Source of the DNA: Eledone cirrhosa
Taxonomy: Eukaryota
Reading direction: 5' to 3'
Length of the DNA stretch: 64,000 nucleotides
Assembly (NCBI GenBank): GCA_964016885.1
Contig: OZ024742.1
Coordinates: 53,010,001 to 53,074,000 of the forward strand
Under the pieces are notes generated by a model. That model was given only the letters and a program-made list of their open reading frames with translations, had not been told where the DNA came from and searched no databases. The first letter of the stretch is position 1, and each line of letters starts with the position of its first letter. The position numbers were made by a program, and so were the translations under genes. Of this stretch, positions 41,052 through 53,388 are shown piece after piece.

Positions 41052-41340
41052 ATTGTTTCTATTTTAGGCACAAGGCCAGCAATTACCCAGTACATTACTG
41101 GTCCTTTATTTTATCGACCCCGTAAGGATGAAAGGCAAGTTAACCTCGGCTGGATTTGAACTCAGACAATAAAGGGACGTAACTCTATGCTTCAAAGCAT
41201 GGTGTCCGACTCTCTACTGATACTGCCAATCCACCACCCTCATCATTTATTTTAATAATAATTATTATTTCTACTTTTGGCACAAGGCCAGCAATTATCA
41301 CAGTGCATTACTGGTACTTTATTTCATCGACCCCGTAAGA
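41052..41340 (-). mobile_element. tRNA-SINE full copy (41052-41238) plus 3' partial copy
   Basis: Consensus match. Confidence 0.9.
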
Positions 41341-41510
41341 TAATAATAGCTTCATAACTTTCATAATAATTCATATTTTTTATACCACTTTTATGGAGAT
41401 GCATATGAAAGTGTGTGGATTACAGCACTGGAAAGTAATATATAAATTTAAAGTAGATTTGAAGAAGAATAGAATATGTGTTAGTGTTTGTGTTAGTGCT
41501 AGTGGTGGTT

Positions 41511-41565
41511 GTACCTTAACAGTTCTAGTTTTCCTTCGATAGGAAAACTAGAACTGTTAAGGTAC
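41511..41565. repeat. Perfect 25-bp inverted repeat with 5-nt loop
   Basis: gtaccttaacagttctagttttcct-tcgat-aggaaaactagaactgttaaggtac. Confidence 0.95.
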
Positions 41566-41801
41566 TTTTTCTTGGTTATGTCAAAATTTATAAAACAAAC
41601 TTTGTATTTTATCTGATGAAAGCATACCAAAGTTTTGGTACCCTTGAAATATATATAATAGAATAAATATGGTTTTATAAATATAGTTTCCATTTATTTA
41701 ATATCATTGAATATTACACTCCAGAAAATCTGTCGAGTGCTCTGAATCAGTTATAAACATTTATATTTGTTGAATTACCAACAAATTGAAAATCCCTTTT
41801 G

Positions 41802-41900
<99 letters not shown>

Positions 41901-42290
41901 AGAGGGAGAGAGAGAGAGAGAACATCTTATACAAAATCACGAATAGGTAGTTCTCAATAAAGTAATCTAAAAAGAACACGTGTGTGTATGTATATATATA
42001 TGAAAAGATTCAGAACCCCTACGGCTGAGCTCCGACCGTTTCGACAGCTAGATCCATAAAATTGATTGAAGACAGACGACATTTGCCGGTGAAGAAATAA
42101 ACACACACACATAAAATGTCAAACTTTCTTTTCCACTTTCCAATATAAAGCGTGAAACTAATAAGACTTTTTGTATCTGTTTTATCGTTTCCTTCACCTA
42201 TATATATATATATAAACATTAAAATAAACACAATAATCATTTTAGTGCTAATGGTGGTGGTGGTGGTTGTACTTTTCCTATATATATATA

Positions 42291-42680
42291 TTAGAATTGG
42301 TGCTCTGAAAGAGCAACATATATATGAATATGTATATAGTATATTTGGCAATACACTGTATGCTTAATTAAAAATATTTTGAAGATCTTACGCTATTATT
42401 TTAAAGTAATGACTATGTCACTTATTTTTATTTTCAACAAACAAAGGGAGATAAGCTGACATATCCGTTTCACACTGTTGGTGATCATCAGAGCTTAGCA
42501 CTCGCCGACCTTTGTTGAAAATGATAGAGGCTGGATTCTTATAAAATTTCAGTAATAATCAGGAACTGATTATACAGAGTGATTGCCGGTCCAGCAAAAA
42601 GTGAAAATTAGAATTGGTGCTCTGAAATAGCGATGTATATATGAATATATATACAGTATATTTGGCAATATACTGTATAT
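42291..42680 (-). mobile_element. Hammerhead-bearing repeat with terminal direct repeat (Penelope pLTR-like)
   Basis: ttagaattggtgctctgaaa...tttggcaata at 42291 and 42608 (~317-bp period) enclosing a hammerhead. Confidence 0.65.
42452..42497 (-). ncRNA. Type I hammerhead ribozyme, canonical core
   Basis: UAAGCU-CUGAUGA-U-CAC-caaca-GUG-U-GAAA-C-ggauau-GUC-AGCUUA: perfect 6-bp stem I, GUC triplet. Confidence 0.85.
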
Positions 42681-42789
42681 TAATTGTATTAATTATATTA
42701 ATTATATTATATTATATTATATTATATTATATTATATTAATTATATTAATTATATTATATTATATTATATTATATTATATTATATTATA

Positions 42790-43003
42790 TGACTTTGCCT
42801 TTCATCCTTACAGGGGTCGATAAAAATAAAGTACCAGTAATGCACTGAGTAATTGCTGGCCTTGTGCCTAATGTAGAAACAATTATATTAATTATATTAA
42901 TTATAATAATTATGTTAATTATATTATATTATATCAAATCCCGCCGAGGTTAACTTTGCCTTTCATCCTTACGGGGTCGATAAAATAAAGTACCAGTAAT
43001 GCA
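42790..43003 (+). mobile_element. Two partial tRNA-SINE copies
   Basis: Central-domain matches at 42790-42882 and 42934-43003. Confidence 0.85.
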
Positions 43004-43004
43004 A

Positions 43005-44426
43005 GGTATGCTGCCAATAATTCATGGACTTCAGAGGGTCTGGTGGTAGCCTTCTAGGTCGAGCAGCGAGAGGTGGGCCGTGTGTTTTTATGTGGTGAGT
43101 GACGTCATGTTTTACAGGGCAGGCGTTGAATACTGGTCGAGCTACGTCTGGGTATCGGTTGATTATATGGTTGTTCCGGGTTGTTGTTGCCGATCGTGAA
43201 TTAACTGGACTGACTATGGCTGTTCGAGCGGCTATGCCACGCACAGCGAGACCAGTGGAGTTGTCAACAAGTCGTCAGTTTTTCAGGTCCACTAGCAGTG
43301 AGAAGTGCTGAAGAAAATCAGCTCCTAAAATAGGGGTCGGCAGCTTAGCCACAACGAATACCCACTGGAAAGTGCGGCATAGTCCTAAATTTAGTGTCAG
43401 GGATTGCTCTCCGTATGTCGGAATAGGTGAATGATTCACCGCTTGGAGTCAGGCTGGTGTTTCTTTCCTTTTTCCAGGAACGCAGGAAACCGGGATGATG
43501 CTGACTTCAACACTGGTGTCGACCAGGAAACGCGTGCCTGTGACGCGATCCTGAATGAAAAACAGGCGACTTTGATGATGAGGCCCAGAAAAGTCCGTCG
43601 CATTCAGTTTTCTGGCTGTGTCGTTTCCCTGATACGACATCGACACAAATGAACAGGGATGGCTGCACTTGCGCACCCCTCTTCCGAATTTTTGGTGGTA
43701 CCAACACATTTCTGGTGAATCACGGGATGCGCTCGGACTTCTTGAGCGACTACCGAATCGTCAAGTTCAACTGTTAGACCGACGCGTGGCAGGGTTACCC
43801 AGTGACAAGGCCTGAATTTGGTGTAGATCGGGCATGTTGGTGGCACTGGAGGGCTGAAGGAAAGGATTGGTGGAAGGCACGGCTGGCGTCACATTCGCTA
43901 AAGTCACGTGCGGATGTGGTTCCTCCATGATCTTATCTGCCAGCTCGGCTAGTTCTTCAATGGAGGAGGACTCCCTGGTGGACGCTAAGACAATTTGTGT
44001 GGCAGAAGGCAAACGCTGGAGGAAGAGTTACTTGAAAATTTCATCCGGGAGTTTATGTTCCCCAGGAGCTGCTTCATTCGCTGTAGGAGTTGCGTCGGCT
44101 TTTATCTCCTAATTCCTCCGATATGTGTCACATGACACAGAGCCGGGTGGTGCTAAAATGATGTCTCGAACCTCATTCATAATCTCCGGAGACATCAAAC
44201 CAATGACATGTGTTAGACGAGATGCCTCGCTAACGATCCAGTTCGATGCGAACTGCGCTTCGATATGCGCGAACCACAGTGTTGGATCGTGCACCCAGAA
44301 TGGTGGTATCCTTAATATAAACGCCGCCCAGACTGCCATTTCTGCCATAGATTAATCGTCGTGTGTTAGGGGCATCGTTTGTAGTGAATAATCAGAAGGT
44401 TGTGTGTCTGTTTCACGGGATCACCA
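43005..44426 (-). mobile_element. Gypsy LTR retrotransposon internal relic (gag, zinc knuckle, protease, start of pol)
   Basis: RIPPFWVHDPTLWFAHIEAQF; CWYHQKFG..CSHPC; FLVDTSVEVSIIP; HHIKTHGPP..RPRRL; PBS TGGTGATCCCG (tRNA-Trp-like) at 44416-44426. Confidence 0.92.
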
Positions 44427-44428
44427 GT

Positions 44429-45146
44429 TGTAACACATAGATGGATTTGTTGGTATGATGATTTCAATACAAAGAATAATACCAGGATTGTGTTGTTACA
44501 ATGTTTATTTTATTATAACAATATTCAATTTGAATATTGAATGATAAAATATATAACATGAAATATTCGTACAAGTTGGTGGATCTTCGAGCCACGTAAA
44601 TACAAGTATCACAGAATACTATATAATATAATTTGTATTGTATCTGAAAGATACAATATGACAGACAGAAATGGTGCGTAAAATGCAAACAGTGTGAACT
44701 TACTATGTGTGCGTGTGTGCGTATTAGTATACTTTCTTGTCTTAGCAGTTGGTAGGATTCAATGAGCCAGGCGGGAAATGGCGTGTGAGAAATTAGTGGA
44801 CAGACTGTTTTTCATGAAGGGAGATTGACAGCGTTGGTGAAATACGTCCTATCTTATCTGTGGTCTCACTTTTTCTGCCGGGCGTAAACAACCCTTGTAT
44901 TTATAAGGGTTGGAGTTAGAAGGATAGATATATAATCTGACCTCTTTTCTGCCAGGCGTAAACAACGTCTGACCTGTGGTTAACATCTCCCAAGGGGTTG
45001 GTCTGCCGAGCATAAACAACCAACCACGGCTTGTCCCAGAGGCGGGAAAGCTCAAATTCGGTTTCGAATCTTCGCCGGTAATATGTAGGATATGTAGGAG
45101 TATTCCGTTATAAATATTTACGACAAATTAAAACCCCTACATTACA
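44429..45146 (-). mobile_element. Probable 5' LTR of the Gypsy element
   Basis: Minus strand TGT...ACA ending 2 nt before the PBS; AATAAA near 44505; outer boundary uncertain (45141 or 45146). Confidence 0.6.
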
Positions 45147-45149
45147 TTT

Positions 45150-46670
45150 TGGCAAGTTAGCATCTGTCTATATGTCGTAGCATTGACATTGAAACATCAT
45201 ATTGGTGATAACAAACACAACACAAAAAATACCATAGTATATTTCAAAAATAGAAAGAATATCACTGAGCTACGGAAAATGATCAGACATGTGGCAATGC
45301 TTATCACATGTAAACAAAAACAAAAAAAAACTACACTCCTCTCCAACAAAGAGAGAAAAATAGAATAGAAATGGTGTTTGGAGACAGTACAAACATAATT
45401 CTTCATTGCAAGTTGATCACCCTTAAACAAGAACTGAGGGTTGTCATTGAAAAACTCCTATATAAGAAGAGAGGGGCTGAAAGGAAAATGATTAACACAA
45501 GATTCAGCCGAAACCAAACATCAGTCTATAGAGATAAGCGGGACAAATCAATAAATGTCACTGAAGCTCCATCCAAGAAAGACATAGATTCCTTCTGGAG
45601 AAAATGTGGGGTGAAGAAACGAAATTCAACCAAGATTCAGTGTGGTTGAAAGAGCTACAAACAAACTACTGCATTACACCAAAAACATACAGCATCAATA
45701 ATGACACTCTTGAAACGGAGGCAGGAAAATTTCGAGATAAGAAAGATCCAGGAAGAAATTTGATTGTCGGCTACTGGTTCAAAAAACTGACTTTCTGTGA
45801 GATATATCTTATCAACCTCTACCAGCAAGCTTTCAAGGGATATATATATATATATTAGCAGAAACAATATTGTTCCCCAAAAACAAAGATATCCCCTTGG
45901 CCAAAAACTACCGACCTATTACATGTCAGAAGTTAATGTATAAAATGTATACAGCATGTCTAAAACTATTCCTCCAGGACCACTATGACAATAACAAATG
46001 ATGTGCAAGCACAAGAAAGGAGTTTGGGGTATGTTGAGCATCTCCTAATTAACAAAACCACGATCGCAGAGCTGCGGCGACATAGGAGGAACTTACTAGA
46101 GGGCCATGCTGGGCCACAATCCTAAAGTTAAATACAGAAAAGGAGGACTGTATTGTCACTGATATAATAGAATATCGTAGGGTTATATATCAAGGAGACA
46201 GTCTCATTGTGGTGTTATTTATACTGTCAATAAACCCCTTGTATTTTATGCTTACGAAATATGAAGGATATGTAATTGGTTCACATGAGGCTTGAAATAC
46301 TAACCTAACACATAGTTTCTTTGTGGGTGTCCTGAAACATCTCAAAATATCTTAAAAGATATAGGAGTTAGGCCAGGATAAATGTTCCTAATATGATTAT
46401 GCACATATATGTTTATATATGTGCATAAGGCAATGCTTATGCACATATATAAACATAGAAACATATGCAAGTTTTATTGCATATGTGGATCTGTATCCAC
46501 ACATGCAATAAAACCCACACCTGCGCGCGCGCACACAAACACACACAGGCATACATACGTATTTACTTAGTTGACATTGTCTAAATTCCAATAAGAGTGT
46601 CTTGTTACTATGTTCGAAACCGACTCGCTCTTTACTGAAGAAAATTTATAAAATAATAAGTCCTGAAGAA
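45150..46670 (+). mobile_element. R4/Dong-like LINE, heavily deleted
   Basis: PGRNLIVGYWFKKL, NYRPITC, IYQGDSL remnants; 3' UTR homologous to 54090-54306; ends gaagaa followed by (TACA)n. Confidence 0.7.
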
Positions 46671-46704
46671 CGTACATACATACATACATACATACATACA
46701 TACA

Positions 46705-47312
46705 TGGTGGCTGCCAACTCGTTTTCGAGTACGGCCACTACTTTATATCCATGTAGGAGAACCCCTACCGATGCGCTGAACGAGTGTGACTTTTTAGTCC
46801 AGCCAGCGACTTGAAAACTCTGGTACAAACACTACACTTGTGACAATTACTGACACATAGTGCTGGGCCCATGGTACCATGTGACGACAAGTGCAGAGAG
46901 ATCTCCAGATATAAAGCAATGCCTGTGCCGTGAAGCTTTTATAGTGAGCAAAGGCACTGCACAAAGCCAGTCCCACTCTCTTAACCAAGATGATATTTAC
47001 CAAAAAGAAGAACAAGTCAACATCATTGGATACCATCAGGGTTGCAGGTGTTATATCAGAGTTTTCCTTCTCCTAGAATTCTGCCTTGACAAAGGCTAAG
47101 GGGTCATCTCTCCCGGTGATTTTGGATGGCCATTGACTCTTAAGAGCTCCTTTGCCCTTTGACAGGTTTTGTTTTTAGTCCTGCAGGATGTCCAAAGTCA
47201 CCCTCCTCACCAAGAAACCTTGGTGGGGTTGCCAGTTTAGTCGCCAACGACCCGACCATGGGACAGGTTGTACTGGGATACATGTTACCAGTAGCACCAA
47301 CTGGTGACCTGA
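46705..47312 (-). mobile_element. ~610-bp non-autonomous retroelement, copy A
   Basis: Near-identical to 47355-47962 and 52761-53318; (TATG)n at both ends. Confidence 0.9.
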
Positions 47313-47354
47313 CATACATACATACATACATACATACATACATACATACATACA

Positions 47355-47962
47355 TGGTGGCTGCCAACTCGTTTTCGAGTACGGCCACTACTTTATATCC
47401 ATGTAGGAGGACCCCTACCGGTGCTCTGAACGAGTGTGACTTTTCAGTCCGGCCAGCGACTTGAAAACTTTGGTACAAACACTACACATGTGACAATTAT
47501 TGACACATAGTGCTGGGCCCATGGTACCATGTGACGACAAGTGCAGAGAGATCTCCAGATATAAAGCAATGCCTGTGCCGTGAAGTTTTTATAGTGAGCA
47601 AAGGCACTGCACAAAGCCAGTCCCACTCTCTTAACCAAGATGATATTTACCAAAAAGAAGAACAAGTCAACATCATTGGATATCATCAGGGTTGCAGGTG
47701 TGATATCAGAGTTTTCCTTCTCCTAGAATTCTGCCTTGACAAAGGCTAAGGGGTCATCTCTCCCGGTGATTTTGGATGGCCATTGACTCTTAAGAGCTCC
47801 TTTGCCCTTTGACAGGTTTTGTTTTTAGTCCTGCAGGATGTCCAAAGTCACCCTCCTCACCAAGAAACCTTGGTGGGGTTGCCAGTTTAGTCGCCAACGA
47901 CCCGACCATGGGACAGGTTGTACTGGGTTACATGTTACCAGTAGCACCAACTGGTGACCTGA
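47355..47962 (-). mobile_element. ~610-bp non-autonomous retroelement, copy B
   Basis: Tandem with copy A, separated by (TACA)n. Confidence 0.9.
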
Positions 47963-48247
47963 CATACATACATACATACATACATACATACATACATACA
48001 TACATACATACATACATACATACATACATACATACATACATGATGGCTGCCCCCTCGCTATCGAGTATGGCCATTGAACGAGGAGAAAAAAAAAATATTA
48101 CTAAATAAATAAAAAATAAAATTAAATTAAAAAAAAAAAAGAAATATATATATAAATATATTTATACACACATACATATACATATATACACACATATATA
48201 TATACATACACACATATACATTAATAACAATAATAATAATAATAATA

Positions 48248-48426
48248 ATTGTTTCTATTTTAGGCACAAGGCCAACAATTACCCAGTGCATTACTGGTAC
48301 TTTATTTTATCGACCTCGTAAGGCAAAGTCAACCTCGGCGGGATTTGAACTCAGATCGTAAAGGGACGTAACTATGCTGGAAAGCATGGCGTCCGACCCT
48401 CCACCGATACTGCCAATCCACCGCCC
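48248..48426 (-). mobile_element. tRNA-SINE copy flanked by (AAT)n
   Basis: Consensus match. Confidence 0.9.
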
Positions 48427-48508
<82 letters not shown>

Positions 48509-48601
48509 GACAACAACAACAATAATGATATACATATATATATATATATACACTCACACGCGCACACATAAACATATCTATACACACACACACGATAGCA
48601 A

Positions 48602-51600
48602 CTAACAGCGCTGCGATCGAATGTGGCTTTTTAGCCCAGCCAATGATCTAAAATGTCTTGCACAGAGTCGGCAACCAAAACATTCACTGGGAATAGCCGG
48701 TGGTGGTTGGAGTTCATGTACTTTTGCATGTCGCTTGAGCCCTCCTGCTGATTTACATTCTCTACCACATGTTTGGCAAGCATGATGAGTAGCATCTCCA
48801 ACAGCAGCCTGGTAGTCAACCACTGGTCTTACTTTATGACTGCGAAGATGACTTTCGAGTCCAGCTTTGCTTAGGCAGAGTCTCGCACAGACGCTGCATG
48901 TCAGCACCATAGGAGGACCCTCGCCGTCTGGAAGTGCAACAGCAATGCCCTTCCTCACATCCCGCTTTACTTTCTCGTATGCGATTCGAGATGCCTCAAA
49001 GGCAACTTTTCCCTCATATACAGTCTTTCTCCATTTATTACGATCAGCAGCAATATTTTCCCATGTATCAGCAGAGCTGTTAGCGTCTTTCAAAGAGGCT
49101 TTCAAGAAATCTTTATACCTCTTTTTTGGTTTATGTGGCGGTCGTTTTCCTTTAACCAACTCTCCATAAAAGAGTTGTTTTGGTATTCTAGAATCCTTCA
49201 TCCTGGCAAGGTGACCACTCCAACGGAGACGTTGCTTAAGTACAAGAGCTTCTATACTGTCACACATAGAGCTTTCCAAAATCTCGACATCACTGATGTG
49301 GTCCCTCCAGTCAACGCCATGGATCCGTCTGAGACACATCTGATGGAAACGCTCCAATTGCTTAAGGTGGTGTCGATATGTGACCTAGGTCTCGCAGGCA
49401 TAAAGAAGACAAGAAAGCACACATGCCTTGTACACCTTTACCTTTGTCCTCCTGCATATGTCTCGCCGACCCCAGAGTCGCCTTTCTAGCTTTCCGAAAG
49501 CATCACTTGCTTTCCTAATCCTAAGTGAGATTTCACTGTCAAGGTTGCTGTATCGATTGACAGTTCTTCCCAGGTAGACAAACTGATCAACCACTCCAAG
49601 TCGTTTACCATACACATAGATATTTGGTTCAGTGTACTGCTTACCAGGGACAGGTTGGTACATGACGACGGTTTTCTTGAGACTGACAGTCAATCTTAGG
49701 GCAGTGCAAGCATCAGAAAATGCATTCAAAATGTGCTGCATATCACTCTCTGTGTGCGCTACAAGATCGCAATCATCTGTATACAAGGTCTCTTATGATT
49801 GATGTAAATATTTTTGTCTTTGCAGCAAAGCGCCTGATGTTAAATATGCTGCCTGAGGTTCGATATCGGATGTAAACACCATGCTCGCAATTCCTGAATG
49901 CAATACAGAAAACCATTGAAAAGTATATGGCAAACAGGGTCGGTGCTGGAATATCTCCCTCTTTCACTCCATTCTTTACTGAGATAGGCTCCGACATGTT
50001 ACCTCCGACATTAACCCAAGCCTTCATGTCGTCATGGAAAGACCTAACTAAAGCAAGGAACTTATCAGGGCAACCAAGTTTCTGGAGAACCTTCCATAAT
50101 GCATCTCTGTTAACAGTATCGAAAGCTTTTATCGGATCGACAAAAACCTGATACAGATCCAAACCTTGTTCCATGCACTTCTCCTGGAGCTGTCTAGCTG
50201 AGAAGATCATATCAGTAGTGCCGCGCCCAGCACGAAAACCAGATTGACTTTCAGGAAGAACACAATCTGCAATGTGTGTCAGCAGACGGTCCAGAAGCAC
50301 CCTACATAAAACTTTCCCTACGACAGAAAGCAATGATATACCTCTGTAGTTCCCACAATCATTCCTGTTACCCTTTCCCTTGTACAAGACCACCATTACT
50401 GCATCTCTCCAGTCCTCAAGTACGGATTCATTTGCCCATATCCTGACAAACAAAGAGTGAAGATGTTGCAGGAGTCTCTCACCACCATGTTGTAGGAGCT
50501 CAGCATGTATGCTATCCATACCTGGAGACCTTCCACTGTTCAGCTTCGAGATAGCCACTGCAACCTCCACAAGCGTCGGAGGTTCTGCGAGAGCTACTTT
50601 CACAGGACTTTCTGGAATGATATTGAGGAAATCTTCACTGACGACAGACGGCTGATTCAAAAAATCATCAAAGTGCTCTCGCCACCTTCGTAGAATTTCT
50701 TGTGAGTCACGAAGAAGTTCTTTGCCATCCTTGCTGCGAAGCGGTGTCACCAGAGAAGAAGACGGTCCATAAACCTCACGCAAGAGACTGTACAACAGCT
50801 TTGTGTTATTGGAATCTGACGCAGTTTGTATCTCACCAGCCTTCTCACTCCACCACTGATTCTTCATCTGAGAAAGACTCCGCCTAACACGTGATTTTAC
50901 ATCCTTGAGTTCCTCATGCAACGTATTCCTCTCCTGTGGTTTTGCCGTCAAGTAGCGTGACAGAGCACGCCTCTTATCAGCCAACAAGTCTTCTATATGT
51001 ACATCATTCTCATTAAACCAGTCCTGATGTTTTCTCTGCACCAATCCCAGAACACGCCTGCCTACATCATAAACCGACTTTTTAAGGGTCGGCCAATCCT
51101 CACCAAGATCTGCAGCCTGCATCTCTTCTTCCAATGTCCTCTTCACATGTTTATCCTTAAGACGAGCAGCATTCAATCTTTTGGGCAGGGCAACACCAGG
51201 AGCCCGGATTTTACGTTTAGTGATTAGTTTCACTTTTGCGCGTACCAGGCGGTGGTCCGTCCAGCACTCAGTTCCAAGAAGAGCACGAACACACTGCACA
51301 TCCTGTCTGTCACGCATCCTGACTAGGACGTAGTCCAAAAGATGCCATTCCTTAGATTCAGGATGCATCCATGTGATTTTGAATTTGTTCTTTTGTTGGA
51401 ACATGGTGTTGGTAACACACAGATCCAGCTCCTCACACATCTGCAGCAGGAGCATACCATTGTTGTTACACTTTCCCACCCCATGCCTTCTGATTACATT
51501 CCATGTGTTAAAATCCCTATCCACTCTAGCATTAAAGTCATGGCATGGTAAAAGGACACTTTTTCTTCATCGACAGAATTCATAGTTGGAGCATACACAC

Positions 51601-52465
51601 TCACCAGGGTCGCATATCTTCCTTTGTCCAGCGGATTCTCATGGACATAAGACGCTCACTAATCCCTACTGGGAATTCTTCTATTGTATTCACAAGAACA
51701 GTCTTAACAGCAAATCCTACCCCAGCCTCTCTTCTGGTTCCTTCATCTCTTTCTTTCCAGAAGAATGTATATTCTCCACAAAATTCTGTAAGATGACCAT
51801 CTCCAGCTAACCTCGTCTCAGATAAAGCCACGATGTCAAGATCGTACGTCGAAGCTCCTTTGCAACATGAGCGGTCCTTCGTTCAGGACGCTCCAAGGAA
51901 TCCCTGTCAAGCAGCGTCCGTACGTTCCAGCAGCCAAAACTAAATGCCTTGTTTGGCTCTATTACAATGGCACGATGACGCGCTGGCCCAAGCTGTGATA
52001 AACTGGGGCCCCTACCCTTATTGCCAATTATCTTTTTTTGTTCCAGAACCTAAATTGCCAATTATCTCTTTTATATTGTTCTGGAACATCATTGGATTGG
52101 AAAAAAAAAAAACTAAAAAAAAAAAAGTAATAATAATAGTAACAATAATAATAATAATAGTACACTATTAATAATTATTAATGCACTCGTGCAATGCCTG
52201 TGCGTGACTAATATTTTTAAAGTGAGGAAAGACTGTGCACTGAGCCAATCCCACTCTCTGAGCGACAGTAGCTATAACCCGAAAAGAAGAAAAGATCAAC
52301 ATCATCGGTAACTACTGAGCCGCAGGTTTTATGTCGGAGTTAACCCAGTTTCCTGAGATGCCTTCTCCTAGAAGAATGCCCTGACAAGGGCTAGGGGTTC
52401 TTCACTCCCAGTGGTTTAACTGCGCGATCGGGCATCCAGCCCGATTATTTCTATGTCCCCGCGCA
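48602..52465 (-). mobile_element. RTE (BovB-like) LINE, near full length with probable 5' UTR; frameshifted ORF 51940-48602 ending in three C2H2-type fingers
   Basis: GCWNVRTL, ALSETRL, HLLDYVLV, TDHRLV; NYRGISLLS, ESQSGFR, KAFDTV, YTDD, LLYACET, RLRWSGH; UTR-like block at 52185-52465. Confidence 0.93.
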
Positions 52466-52760
52466 AAAAAACAAAAACAAAAACTCACTTATTGACACTT
52501 ATACGTACGACATACACACACGCGCATACATACGCGCGCACACACACGCATACATACGCGCGCACACAGTAACACTCATACATACAAACAAACATACACA
52601 CGCTACTCACTTACACAACCACACACATATATATATATATATTATCGTCATTACTGATACAAGATTACAAGATTGTAACATACATACATACATACATACA
52701 TACATACATACATACATACATACATACATACATACATACATACATACATACATACATACA

Positions 52761-53318
52761 TGGTGGCTGCCAACTCGTTTTCGAGTACGGCCACTACTTT
52801 ATATCCATGTAGGAGAACCCCTACTGATGCGCTGAACGAGTGTGACTTTTTAGTCCAGCCAACGACTAGAAAACTCTGGTACAAACACTAGACTTGTGAC
52901 AATTACTGACACATAGTGCTGGGCCCATGGTACCATGTGATGACAAGTGCAGAGAGATCTCCAGATATAAAGCAATACCTGTGCCGTGAAGCTTTTATAG
53001 TGAGCAAAGGCACTGCACAAAGCCAGTCCCACTCTCTTAACCAAGATGATATTTACCAAAAAGAAGAACAAGTCAACATCATTGGATACCATCAGGGTTG
53101 CAGGTGTTATATCAGAGTTTTCCTTCTCCTAGAATTCTGCCTTGACAAAGGCTAAGGGGTCATCTCTCCCGGTGATTTTGGATGGCCATTGACTCTTAAG
53201 AACTCCTTTGTCTTTGACAAGTTTTGTTTTTAGTCCTGCAGGATGTCCAAAGTCACCCTCCTCACCAAGAAACCTTGGTGGGGTTGCCAGTTTAGTCGCC
53301 AACGACCCGACCATGAGA
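52761..53318 (-). mobile_element. ~610-bp element, copy C (slightly 5'-truncated)
   Basis: Aligns with copies A and B. Confidence 0.9.
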
Positions 53319-53388
53319 CATACATACATACATACATACATACATACATACATACATACATACATACATACATACATACATACATACA

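Noticed and set aside
42020-42050. Minus-strand CGAAACGGTC hammerhead half
   Set aside because: No matching CUGANGA and stem I partner found nearby
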